From contig BFEA01000012.1 of the NCBI GenBank assembly GCA_003427395.1, positions 3,126,622 through 3,177,504 of the forward strand: DNA of 50,883 bases. Direction: 5' to 3'. This DNA comes from Chara braunii. Taxonomy: Eukaryota > Plantae > Charophyceae. A model generated the notes under the pieces. It was given only the letters and a program-made list of their open reading frames with translations. It was not told the DNA's origin and searched no databases. Positions 23,280 to 33,886 of the stretch are shown piece after piece; within the stretch, counting starts at the first letter, position 1; the number at the start of each line of letters is the position of its first letter. Both the position numbers and the translations under genes were made by a program.

Positions 23280-25527
23280 TTTAGGGCTACAACTAGTACG
23301 TCGTTCCTGGTTTGACCTCTCCTCCCCAGCACATTTCTTCGATGCTCACCCTACAAGCGGGAGCCTATCCTACTCTAACCTTCCAGGACTGCTTAGATGG
23401 CGCATGTACCATCATCCTCGTTGAGAGAGCGTGTACATGGCAAACCGCTTTCCATCATGGCGGCGGAGGGCGTGACCGTGGCTGACCCACAGCGACGACC
23501 CGAACGGAGCGCTACGCTACCTGCCTGTTCCGACCGCTCCCGACCGCGCCTACGGTACTGGTGGTTTAATTACCTCAGGCCGGTTAATTGAATATCAATG
23601 ATATTCAATGATAATATCGCCCAGCAGAGTTGGGACTGGGGACTGGGACAACTATTCGCATTTGACCAGGTTCTGGGGGTAGAAACGGTCTGCCCTATGG
23701 CAAAAGGGGTAGAGGACTGCCCAAAATCGAGAAAAAAGGAAAAAAGGGGGGAGGTGGGAGAACACCGGACTCAGGGGGTAGTAGGACTTTTTGTACTGGG
23801 CTGCTACGAGGGCTTTTTCTACTGAGCTGTGGGCGCTATTTCGGTTTGATTTATCGGCACGTGGACGTAATGGCGGTCATATACATTCGGAAAAGTACTG
23901 GTGTGAGAGCATGCCCTCAGAAAAGGGCGGCGGGCTCAGTTGCAGACGTGTGACAGTGGATGGCGTCGTTGGCTTGGGAGCATATCTGGCCGTCCATATG
24001 CGAACGGCCAGATAAGTCAGGGGAATAGGNCGTTGGCTTGGGAGCATATCTGGCCGTCCATATGCGAACGGCCAGATAAGTCAGGGGAATAGGGGTGGGC
24101 CAGAGAAAGGAGCGGTATGGAGTCGCCGTTCGCAGGCAGGCGCAGAAGAAGTGTAGGAAGGCATCGCGCAGAAGAAGTGTAGGAAGGCAGATGCCGTTGA
24201 ATGGACGGGGGAGACTCGTGGAGAGGCAGTTCTTGATAACCGCCTCCCGCCATGCGAAAAATAAAAATAAAATAACCGCCTCCCGACCTTTTCTGAGGGA
24301 AGGCTCTCACACCAGCTGGAGGAGGGGAGGGGGGGGGGCGTCGCACGAGAGGGTCGACAGGGCAGAGCACTTACCGTAGTCGGGGCCGGCACCTGGTCGG
24401 AGTCTGGCACTTCGCAACATGCGAAGACAGCGCGCAAGCCGAGCGCTCGTGGACAGCGCACGGTGGGGAGTGCGGGGAAGCGCACGGGAAGCTCGCGAGA
24501 GAGCACAGGGGAGGAGGAGCACGGTCGGAGGCGAACGGAAGAACAGCNNNNNNNNNNNNNNNNNNNNNNNNNNNNNNNNNNNNNNNNNNNNNNNNNNNNN
24601 NNNNNNNNNNNNNNNNNNNNNNNNNNNNNNNNNNNNNNNNNNNNNNNNNNNNNNNNNNNNNNNNNNNNNNNNNNNNNNNNNNNNNNNNNNNNNNNNNNNN
24701 NNNNNNNNNNNNNNNNNNNNNNNNNNNNNNNNNNNNNNNNNNNNNNNNNNNNNNNNNNNNNNNNNNNNNNNNNNNNNNNNNNNNNNNNNNNNNNNNNNNN
24801 NNNNNNNNNNNNNNNNNNNNNNNNNNNNNNNNNNNNNNNNNNNNNNNNNNNNNNNNNNNNNNNNNNNNNNNNNNNNNNNNNNNNNNNNNNNNNNNNNNNN
24901 NNNNNNNNNNNNNNNNNNNNNNNNNNNNNNNNNNNNNNNNNNNNNNNNNNNNNNNNNNNNNNNNNNNNNNNNNNNNNNNNNNNNNNNNNNNNNNNNNNNN
25001 NNNNNNNNNNNNNNNNNNNNNNNNNNNNNNNNNNNNNNNNNNNNNNNNNNNNNNNNNNNNNNNNNNNNNNNNNNNNNNNNNNNNNNNNNNNNNNNNNNNN
25101 NNNNNNNNNNNNNNNNNNNNNNNNNNNNNNNNNNNNNNNNNNNNNNNNNNNNNNNNNNNNNNNNNNNNNNNNNNNNNNNNNNNNNNNNNNNNNNNNNNNN
25201 NNNNNNNNNNNNNNNNNNNNNNNNNNNNNNNNNNNNNNNNNNNNNNNNNNNNNNNNNNNNNNNNNNNNNNNNNNNNNNNNNNNNNNNNNNNNNNNNNNNN
25301 NNNNNNNNNNNNNNNNNNNNNNNNNNNNNNNNNNNNNNNNNNNNNNNNNNNNNNNNNNNNNNNNNNNNNNNNNNNNNNNNNNNNNNNNNNNNNNNNNNNN
25401 NNNNNNNNNNNNNNNNNNNNNNNNNNNNNNNNNNNNNNNNNNNNNNNNNNNNNNNNNNNNNNNNNNNNNNNNNNNNNNNNNNNNNNNNNNNNNNNNNNNN
25501 NNNNNNNNNNNNNNNNNNNNNNNNNNN

Positions 25528-25608
<81 letters not shown>

Positions 25609-25949
25609 TTGAAGTTCCTGTTGGTATTTACCTGAGACTCGCTGTATAAGGCAGGTGTTCAAATTGGCGAGCGATCAGTTCACCGACATTTACGTTTTAT
25701 TTCAAGGCGAACAGTCCAAGTGGCAGTTCTACCGTTCGCGTTGAAATAATAAATGTCACTTAGGCTGAGCGTTGAGCAGGAGGGGTCCATTTTCTTTTCC
25801 CGTTTGGTTTTGTGTTCTTTCGGAAGGGTGTTGAAAGGGTTTGATTGCGATTTGCAGCCCGCATAAATAGTCTTAATTAGGCCTCGCCTCTGCTTCGGAG
25901 CGACCTCCTCAGTGGAAAGACGACATCTATGGGTAGTAGCTTGCTATCA

Positions 25950-26156
25950 TTCTATTCACCCTCGTTACCTGCATAGAGAGTCTCAGAGAACTATTTACCC
26001 TCGTTACCTGCATAGAGAGTCTCAGAGAACTATTTACCCTCGTTACCTGCATAGAGAGAGAGTCTCAGAGAACTATTTACCCTTGTTACTTGCATAGAGA
26101 GAGAGTCTCAGAGAATTATTTACCCTCGTTACCTGCATAGAGAGTCTCAGAGAACT
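25950..26156. repeat. 39-41-bp tandem repeat (TATTTACCCTCGTTACCTGCATAGAGAGTCTCAGAGAAC)n
   Basis: About 5 head-to-tail copies with no unique spacers. Confidence 0.9.
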
Positions 26157-27269
26157 GCCGCAACGAAGCCCGATGTCAGCGATCTGCATATTAGAGAGTC
26201 TCAGGCAACGGGCGACACAGTGAGTGAGCGAGTATAACGGTTTTTTTTTTTTTTTTTTTTTTTGGCCGTGTGTGTTAGAAATCGTGAGGAGGTAACAAGA
26301 GTACAGGGAGCCTGAGGGGGAGGGGATATGCTGGAGGGGATAAAAGCTGTTAAATTAAAAAGCGGTGAAAGCTTAATCTGACGAGGTTCCAGTCAGAAGC
26401 ACTACGGTAGGCCGTGCGCCAGGAGGAGGAGGAGGAGGAGGAGAGCGATGCCAAGGCCCAAGAGTGTCAAAATAGAAATTTCGTCGCGGGCAGTAGCAAG
26501 CATGGGAGACGGAGGAGTTTTTTTTGAAGCACCGATATAGCTCTCCTTCTTCTGCACGTATCTGAGACTTGTAAATGCGATTTTTAAAGCACTATTATAG
26601 CTCTCCTTCTTCTGCACGTAACTGAGAATCTGAGACTTGTACAGCACTATTATAGCTCTCCTTCTTCTGCACGTAATAACTGAGAATCTGAGACTTGGAC
26701 ATGCGATTTAATGGAGTGAGCTTGAGATGCATGCGCGGAGAGCAGGGTCGGCCGCTGTTTGTGTCACTATTTTCCTTCTTCTTCCGTGTTAGCGAGAGAG
26801 CCTAGGCAGCGAAAACAAAAACGACTATTCATTGTTAGACACTTATAGCACTCCCTATTTATTTTTTGTGTGTCAACATCGATGGTCTTCTTACTACTAC
26901 TGGTACCCAGAAGACCAGATCGCTGAGATCGGGCTTCNNNNNNNNNNNNNNNNNNNNNNNNNNNNNNNNNNNNNNNNNNNNNNNNNNNNNNNNNNNNNNN
27001 NNNNNNNNNNNNNNNNNNNNNNNNNNNNNNNNNNNNNNNNNNNNNNNNNNNNNNNNNNNNNNNNNNNNNNNNNNNNNNNNNNNNNNNNNNNNNNNNNNNN
27101 NNNNNNNNNNNNNNNNNNNNNNNNNNNNNNNNNNNNNNNNNNNNNNNNNNNNNNNNNNNNNNNNNNNNNNNNNNNAAAAAAAAAAAAAAGAGACTGTAAT
27201 TGTTACCCGTTGCTAGTGGGCGAGAGCCAAGCCAGTGTCTTGATATCGACATTATCGAGGTTGGACAGG

Positions 27270-27821
27270 ATGCCTCCCGGTCAATGGTCCAGCAGAAGTG
27301 CGGCATCCAGTTTGCCTCGTCAGAACGGGGTGGTAGGGGTTCGGAGGGGTAGAAGTGCTGCGGTTGTTGTGTTGGAGGACTCAGGTGATGGGGACGCAAA
27401 TGGAATTGGAATTGGAACTGGAATTGCAAATGGAAATGGAAATGGAAAGGACATGAATCGTAGAATGGAGAAAGGGGGGGCTCTGGGGACATCGACAGCG
27501 ACAGGCATGATGAAGGAGTCGTCGGCGAAAAAGAAGGGGGGCGGTTCAGGATCGGGAGCAGGATCCGAGCTAGGGTCGGAACCAGGATCAGAACCGGGAA
27601 CAGGACCAGGAGCAGGACGCCACAAAGGAAGTCCCAGCGGCGTGGCCAAAGGTCTCCCGATGATGTGGCCCACTCAACGCACCGGCTATGTAACACCCAA
27701 GAAGAAAGAGCGAGTGACTCGAGCGAAGAAGAAAGCAATCAGCGGCTCGCGGAGAACTGCACGGAAGACCAATGCGTTTCAGCCTTCCTTTGCCACCCAT
27801 ATTCGGAGAGTCCTCAAACAG
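27270..27821 (+). CDS. H2B: Divergent histone H2B variant, exon with long N-terminal tail and helix alpha1 (…[13 protein letters not shown])
   Basis: Matches H2B 'ESYSIYVYKVLKQ'; donor CAG|gtaagc at 27821/27822. The start (ATG 27270) is uncertain because of the gap at 26938-27175. Confidence 0.8.
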
Positions 27822-29318
27822 GTAAGCCCGCAACAACAAGGACGACTCGGAGAAGGACAAACATAACAAGACGAGAAACAGGAGGAGGAGGACGACGACG
27901 ACGACGAAGAAGAAGAAGAAGAAGAAGAAGAAGAAGAAGAATTGCATTCAATCCATGAGCTGATCCCAAGAATCGAAAATGCGACGGCTGAGCTGACTGG
28001 GGTCAAAGTTAAGGCCCAAGATGAGTACCCAGCACGGATGTGTCGGCGTGCCGATGTACCCAGTCACACTCACACCCGACCGCACAGGCTGTCTACGCAG
28101 CCACTGCTACCCACCAGACAATGAACGGTCCTTACTGCTGGTTGCTACGCTAGCAAGACTTGAATTCCGTATTCCATCCACGAGGCAATCCCAAGAATGG
28201 AACACGTGAGGTTCTGCGCGCGTAACCAAATGGCTAAGCTGACACGGACGCCCACTCCAGCACGGACTTCTCTGAACTTCAAGAAGCAAAAGAAGAAGGA
28301 GAAGAAGAAGAAGAAGAAGAAGAAGAAGAGTGAAAACAGTGGCCAGTTTGGGGAAGATCAAGCGTAGTGTCTGTTCTGATCAGTTTAATAATATAGGATC
28401 TGTGTTCCATCGGGCTATATTTAAAGCAAAAAAAANNNNNNNNNNNNNNNNNNNNNNNNNNNNNNNNNNNNNNNNNNNNNNNNNNNNNNNNNNNNNNNNN
28501 NNNNNNNNNNNNNNNNNGGCCGAACTGCCTTCCGTACAAGCTTTAACCGAAAGTCTTTAGACTTCCATGCATACGACACTCAGTAACCCGCACATTCCCC
28601 AAAGAATAAGGGAGTTGGGAAAATGACCAAGGCGAGTAGGAGTAAGAGGAATTCCGGAAACGATCCGAGGGTCAATCTGTAGGGAAGGTCCGGAGGAAGG
28701 GCATGGTAGATGGGGGAGGGAGCAGATAGAAATTCTGGAATGTGGAAGTCAGGCGTAGTCAGCCGCGGGATGGAAGGCAATAGTTTTGGACAACGAAGTG
28801 GTGTCAAATTGTCAATTGATAAGAGACCTCGATAGGGAAGCTGTGGCGACAGGAAGGTTGAGCTTGCGAGCACATTCACACTAGGATTTTCCCAGATGCA
28901 TCTGACTTACACGTCACGTCAGGTTTAGTCAAAAATGTCCCTGTGTTAGTATGATCATATGGTGATCTCCCTCTTTTTTTTCCTTCCACTCCTTCAAATA
29001 TGGCTCATTAAACTTCATTTGCTTTGCCAGTATGGCCGTTCGGTTACCCCGCTTAAGGTTAGCTAGGCAACGTCAGGTCTGTGAAGCTCTCTCTCTCTCT
29101 CTTTTTTTAATCCTCTCCTTTTTCCACAATGTTCGATTTGCTTCGCAAGGATAGCTGCTCGGTTATACCTGCTTTTGGCTACCTTCTTCCCCCGAACATA
29201 ACGCACCCTGAAATTGAACGTATGCAAGCTATATTTCCGGTCCGGTACAGCCAAGATGAGGGTGCGTTGTGCTCGGGGGAAGACGGTAGCCAATGCCGGG
29301 GGCCCGTGGATGAGTTAT

Positions 29319-29463
29319 AATTGCACTATAGTATGGGCCAAGACACACAGTTTCCAATTGCAGTTTGGGGCATAATGCATACAACCCAGCTTTCTGGCCA
29401 GGTGTAGGGTGCCCGCGGGGCGAAGTGCAATTGCAAACTGGATCTTGCCCCATAGTGCAATTA
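29319..29463. repeat. Small MITE-like inverted repeat in H2B intron 1
   Basis: AATTGCACTAT..GGGCCAAGA..CAGTTT.CAATTGCA versus its reverse complement at 29426-29462. Confidence 0.5.
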
Positions 29464-30159
29464 CGTAGTATAACTCGTTTCTGTGACTCTACTGAAGTTA
29501 CCCCTTTTATAATTGACGACAACTTTGTATCGGCCACTGGGGAAATCATCACCTTCTGCCTGTGAAAGGAAGTGGTGGGCCTGCCCCAGCTATCGGCCTC
29601 GGAAAAAAATAGACTAGAAACGTTTCTACCGTCGGATGAATTTGGCCGCTCCTGTAGTGGCCCGTACATTTCCTAAAATCATAGTGGCTTGTTAACGGGC
29701 ACAACTTTTGGAAGTACTGCAGTGGTTTAAGTTGCGATTCTTGCGAAACAAGTGTGAAGTGTGAGAAAATTTCCGTTTCGGGAAAAAAAAAAAAAAAAAA
29801 AAAAAAAACACCGGCTTCAGAACGGAAAACTTGATAACCCCGGTTTTCCCAAACCAAAAATACTGGGAGGGTCTCTTTCTTTCTCGGTAGTACGTCTCAC
29901 GGTCTCAGTCAAGATTAGAGTTTGAAATTGGCAAAAGGGAACTTATCAGCGATTCAGCAGGGCTGTCAGCCTGCCACTGATCGAGTTAAAAAAAAAACAA
30001 AGGGCAGTTAAAACAGAAGCCGACGGCCCAGAGAGACAGGAGTGGGCCGTGGTGGGCCTGTGTTAAAAAAAAAGCAAAAATTGAGGGAAGTACACATGAT
30101 GGCTGTCAAGAATGGAGTTTTTCCCGCCGACGCTTATATATTGTCTCTAAATGTTGCAG

Positions 30160-30273
30160 GTTCATCCGAATCTATCAATTACGTGTGATGGGATCGACAT
30201 AATGAATGATTTTCTAATTGACATATTTGAGAGAATCGCCGGAGAAGCTGCACTTCTTATCCGTGTTCATAAG
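30160..30273 (+). CDS. H2B: Histone H2B variant, histone-fold exon ([38 protein letters not shown])
   Basis: ttgcag| ... AAG|gtacaa; 114 nt, phase 0/0; matches [38 protein letters not shown]. Confidence 0.93.
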
Positions 30274-31286
30274 GTACAAAATTATTCCGTTTCACTGTGT
30301 GTTTTGCGGCTCCTCACTCTCCTGCCCAGCATTTCCCCTTTGGCTCCCTTCTGTCTGTGCTTGTCACGCGCCTCTGCCTGTGTCTTGAAATGGCCACGGA
30401 TGATTGTCGTATAATCTTGTGTATAAAAATAATCTTGTATATAAAAATTATCTTGTATATAAAAATAATATTGTATTTTTTTTTTTTTTAATTAAATGCT
30501 ATTTCCTTGCCAAAGTTGCCATCTGTAAACCAAAAAATCCTTCTTTTAGTCTTGGGATAATGGGTAGAAAGCACCCAAGCCAAAACCTTTTCGGTTTTGG
30601 AGTTGGAAAAATCCAATTGGAAGAATCCGCTACCGGGTACGAGCGGTGCGATGCGGTAGCGGTGCGCTAAGCGGTGGCGGCGGGGGAGAAGGGCCGCGGC
30701 ATCCGGTCCGTGCTTTGGCACGGACCGGTTGGACGGGAGCACCGAGGAGGCGATGGGCGAGGCGTCGTTTTCGGCACTTTCAAGGACATCTCACTGAAAC
30801 TTGGTCCCTGAGCCAGGCGCAGAGACTGCGTTTCTGGGTCAGACGCAGAGACGACGTTTCTGGGGCCAGATGCAGAAGCTTAGGGGAGTTGACGAATGTC
30901 AGCAGGAAAGAGGGCATCAACGCTTCGCCCTCCACGAAGGGTAATCTGATGGCTGGAATGTCCAAAGAGAGAAGTGGAATTACTCGATAACTCTAAAGGC
31001 GGCTATGACGTGCGCAGCGTCGGCACAGCTCCAGGCGAAGTTCGTGCAGTAAGACTTCCTCCTTGTGATGCAAGGACAGGTATAACACTTCACTCTGCTC
31101 GATTGAGGGGGGAAGGGCGGTGTTGTCCCGTTGTTTATTGAAGGCTTCCTATTAAGTCTAGTCCCTATTGCTAGTTTGTTCCGTATTAGCGATTGTCTCT
31201 ACGATTGATATAGACTGCTAATTTTGATTTTGGTTGCCTTTTCTATTGTCGTTTTTGCTACTTCGTTCGGTATTTAACTAGAAACG

Positions 31287-33886
31287 ATGGGGGATACATC
31301 CACTATGTCGAATACCCTATCCGACCCCGAGAAGGAACGAATTCAAACTCTAATTAACAATTGTTACAACGAAGGAATCATCCCAAAGGATTTACGGCCG
31401 CAAGTAGTTGAGTCCGGGGATGACTTTGACCGAGTTCTGGTCAACCCGGAAGTATATCGGATTCAGCAAAAGTGGCTTATGGAACACGCAGTCACAATTT
31501 CCTTTGGGGGGGATTCGTCTTCATTGCCGGTGAAGGTCAAGGAACGAATTGTGCGAATTCATGAGAATGGTTGGGCAAAGAACGGAAGTATTAATGCCCC
31601 ACCGAAACGCGGAATATTTCGGAATGAAGGATACAATTTAGTCACCTACGTGGCCTCTGCGAAGGAAATCGCCACTTGGCTTCTGAGAAAGAAAGAAGAT
31701 TCAGTGTCTTTGAATGACAAAACATACACGCTTTCTATTAGACCATGGATGTCTGAGGCAGAATTGTTTGACTGGCGTGAGGCTATGCGTTTTAAGTTCT
31801 TCTGGATTCGTTGCCTCCAAGTTCCGATCGGGGTTTTACCTCACCTCGAAGGAGCTGTGGAAGCCTTGTACGGCAAAATTTTGAAATCCTATCCGGTTTT
31901 CAAAGACAAAAAAAAACCCTCCCTCTTGAATGTTCGATTCGATGTGGAATCGTCGGCCCGCTCCCGTTATAAAAGATTCATGGTAGTCGACATGGAGGAA
32001 GGGGGTTTTGTCGAGTTGGAGGTGATCTGTGCTACTACCCCTTGGTGCGAACGTTGTCGCAGGTACTTCCACGAAGAAGCGGACGATGATTGTCCCTTCT
32101 CGACAAAGTCCTCGCGGACAACGTCGAAGGTTCCCCCCAAGGGGAAAGGGAAAACACCTTCAACAGAGGAAACCCATCGAAAGACGAAACCAGGAAAAGC
32201 TACCCAGGCTTGGCGAAGGAAGGAGGGGGGAACGGGATCGGTACTGCAGGATCTCAGAAAGGAAAACGATCCCGAGAACCCTCTTTCAGACGCGGCACCT
32301 CCTGCTAACGTAGGGGATATGCCACGAACCAATCTTACGGGGACAGAGCAGGGCGGTGGGGATCCCGTATGTGGGGCTCAGGGGAAGATCAGATCTCCCA
32401 CCTATAAAGAAGTCTTGTTATCCCCCCCCCCCCACCCACACAAGAGAAAGAACGATTGGAGAAACTCCCGGCTCAACTTGGTGGATTCGAGGAAAGGTCG
32501 ATGGAGGTATCGCAGGAACCCGAAGCGAAGCTCCCGAGCGAGGATCTCGATGCAGAGATGGTAGATGGAAAGGAAACGGACGAAGAGGAGGAGGAGGAAG
32601 AGGAGGAGGAGGAAGAAGAGGAATTTGAAGAAGAGGAGGAAGAGGAGGAAGAGGAGGAGGGCGCAGGGCTGGTAAGAAAGATCTCCTCTCCATCCCCCGG
32701 GCTTTCGCTGGAAACAAGCAAGGCGGCGGATACCTTGACTCACTTGGAAGAACCAGAATCCAGGTGGCTCTTGCCTAATCTGTTTAACGAGAATTCTCAG
32801 GCTCCTAACGCAGGTGATCCCTCACCAGAAGCCAACATGCAGGAGAAGGGTAACGAGGAACCCGAACAGGAGTTCTTCTCCCCAGTTGGTGATCAGGAGC
32901 TAGGGTCAATTACAGCTCTGGCAGAGCCGAACAAAAATAGTTCTGTTCAAAAAAAGAAGAAGAGTTCGAATCTCGCAAAGGGCCAGGAAAATAAGCAGAA
33001 GAAAAATACAATACTTCCAGCAAATTCTGTCTCTCCAGGGGACGCTGCTTCCCCGGCGAAACGCACCCGGATTGACTTGAACACGGGAGCACCTCGTTCT
33101 CAGGAAGAGAAAAGCCCAAGAGAGGAAATTTTGAGAAGCTCCGCAAAGAAAAGGGAAAGGCTAGTGGGATTAAAAGCAGTCAGGCGCTCCCTCTCTCTAG
33201 CAGCTCCTACGAAAACCCTCTCTAGATCTGACAAATCCATAGGCTACCTCCCCCTGTACCTGGTGCCACTGGTCTGTACTCCCGCTAGTTCGGGTGCACA
33301 GATATTGACCCTCGCCACGGAGGACGGTAGTATAAAACTACCAATTGTTCCTATCTATTGCCTCCCATCGGGTGAGGACGTTGTTAGATTATTTAACAAA
33401 CACTTTTTGTTGGATGCAGCTGACACAGGCATTCTACCATACCCGAAAATTTCTTGGCACCTCGTGGAAATGCCAGGGCAAGGGAAAGTGGCCCTATTCC
33501 TGGCTTTCCTGGCTCTTAAATTTAAGCAGGAAAAGGACATTTCCCCAGCCCCTAGTCAGTTTCATTGGGTACACTTAGCTCATTTCGCTACCCCACAGTC
33601 GGAGATGCTGAAAAACATCAAGTTGGCCGACACCTTGACAACTCAAGTAGTAGCGGACTGGTTAATCTACTCGGACAACTCAAGTTTGATTCAGTCACCA
33701 GCATTCAAGGAACAGATTTGCAAAACCGTGACTGAAATTCAAAATAGGACCTCTCCTACTCCTGCTCATCCCAGCGCCGCTGCAGCAGCAGCTGTTGTTG
33801 CTGCTGCTGCATCTGGGATGGACACCGACTCCGACCGAATCCAATTGAATAACGGCAAGGACCCTACTGATGGTCCTTCCCAATAA
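31287..33886 (+). pseudogene. LINE ORF1 (frameshifted near C12 run 32422-32433): CCHC knuckle, poly-E tract, extra C-terminal domain
   Basis: ORFs 31287..32564 and 32456..33886; WCERCRRYFHEEADDDCP. Confidence 0.85.

Larger units (their letters stand above)
18150..24547 (-). mobile_element. L1-like LINE, internally deleted (ORF1, APE endonuclease, partial RT, 3' module)
   Basis: ORF fragments at 22548-23279, 20652-21275, 19525-20388, 19187-19495 and 18697-18984; reverse-complement 3' module at 18185-18248 and T-rich tail; 5' end runs into an N-gap. Confidence 0.85.

Noticed and set aside
25950-26156. CRISPR-like appearance of 39-bp repeats (also the 27-bp repeats at 10375-10702)
   Set aside because: Head-to-tail with no unique spacers, eukaryotic context and no cas genes.
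26448-26540. MPRPKSVKIEISSRA as first exon of the H2B variant
   Set aside because: No phase-compatible donor/acceptor pair was found, and the intervening gap prevents a decision.
11451-28560. Long ORFs crossing N-gaps or made of (GA)n/(GAA)n repeats
   Set aside because: Artefacts of assembly gaps and microsatellites. Only the post-gap part of 26832..27866 is real (H2B).
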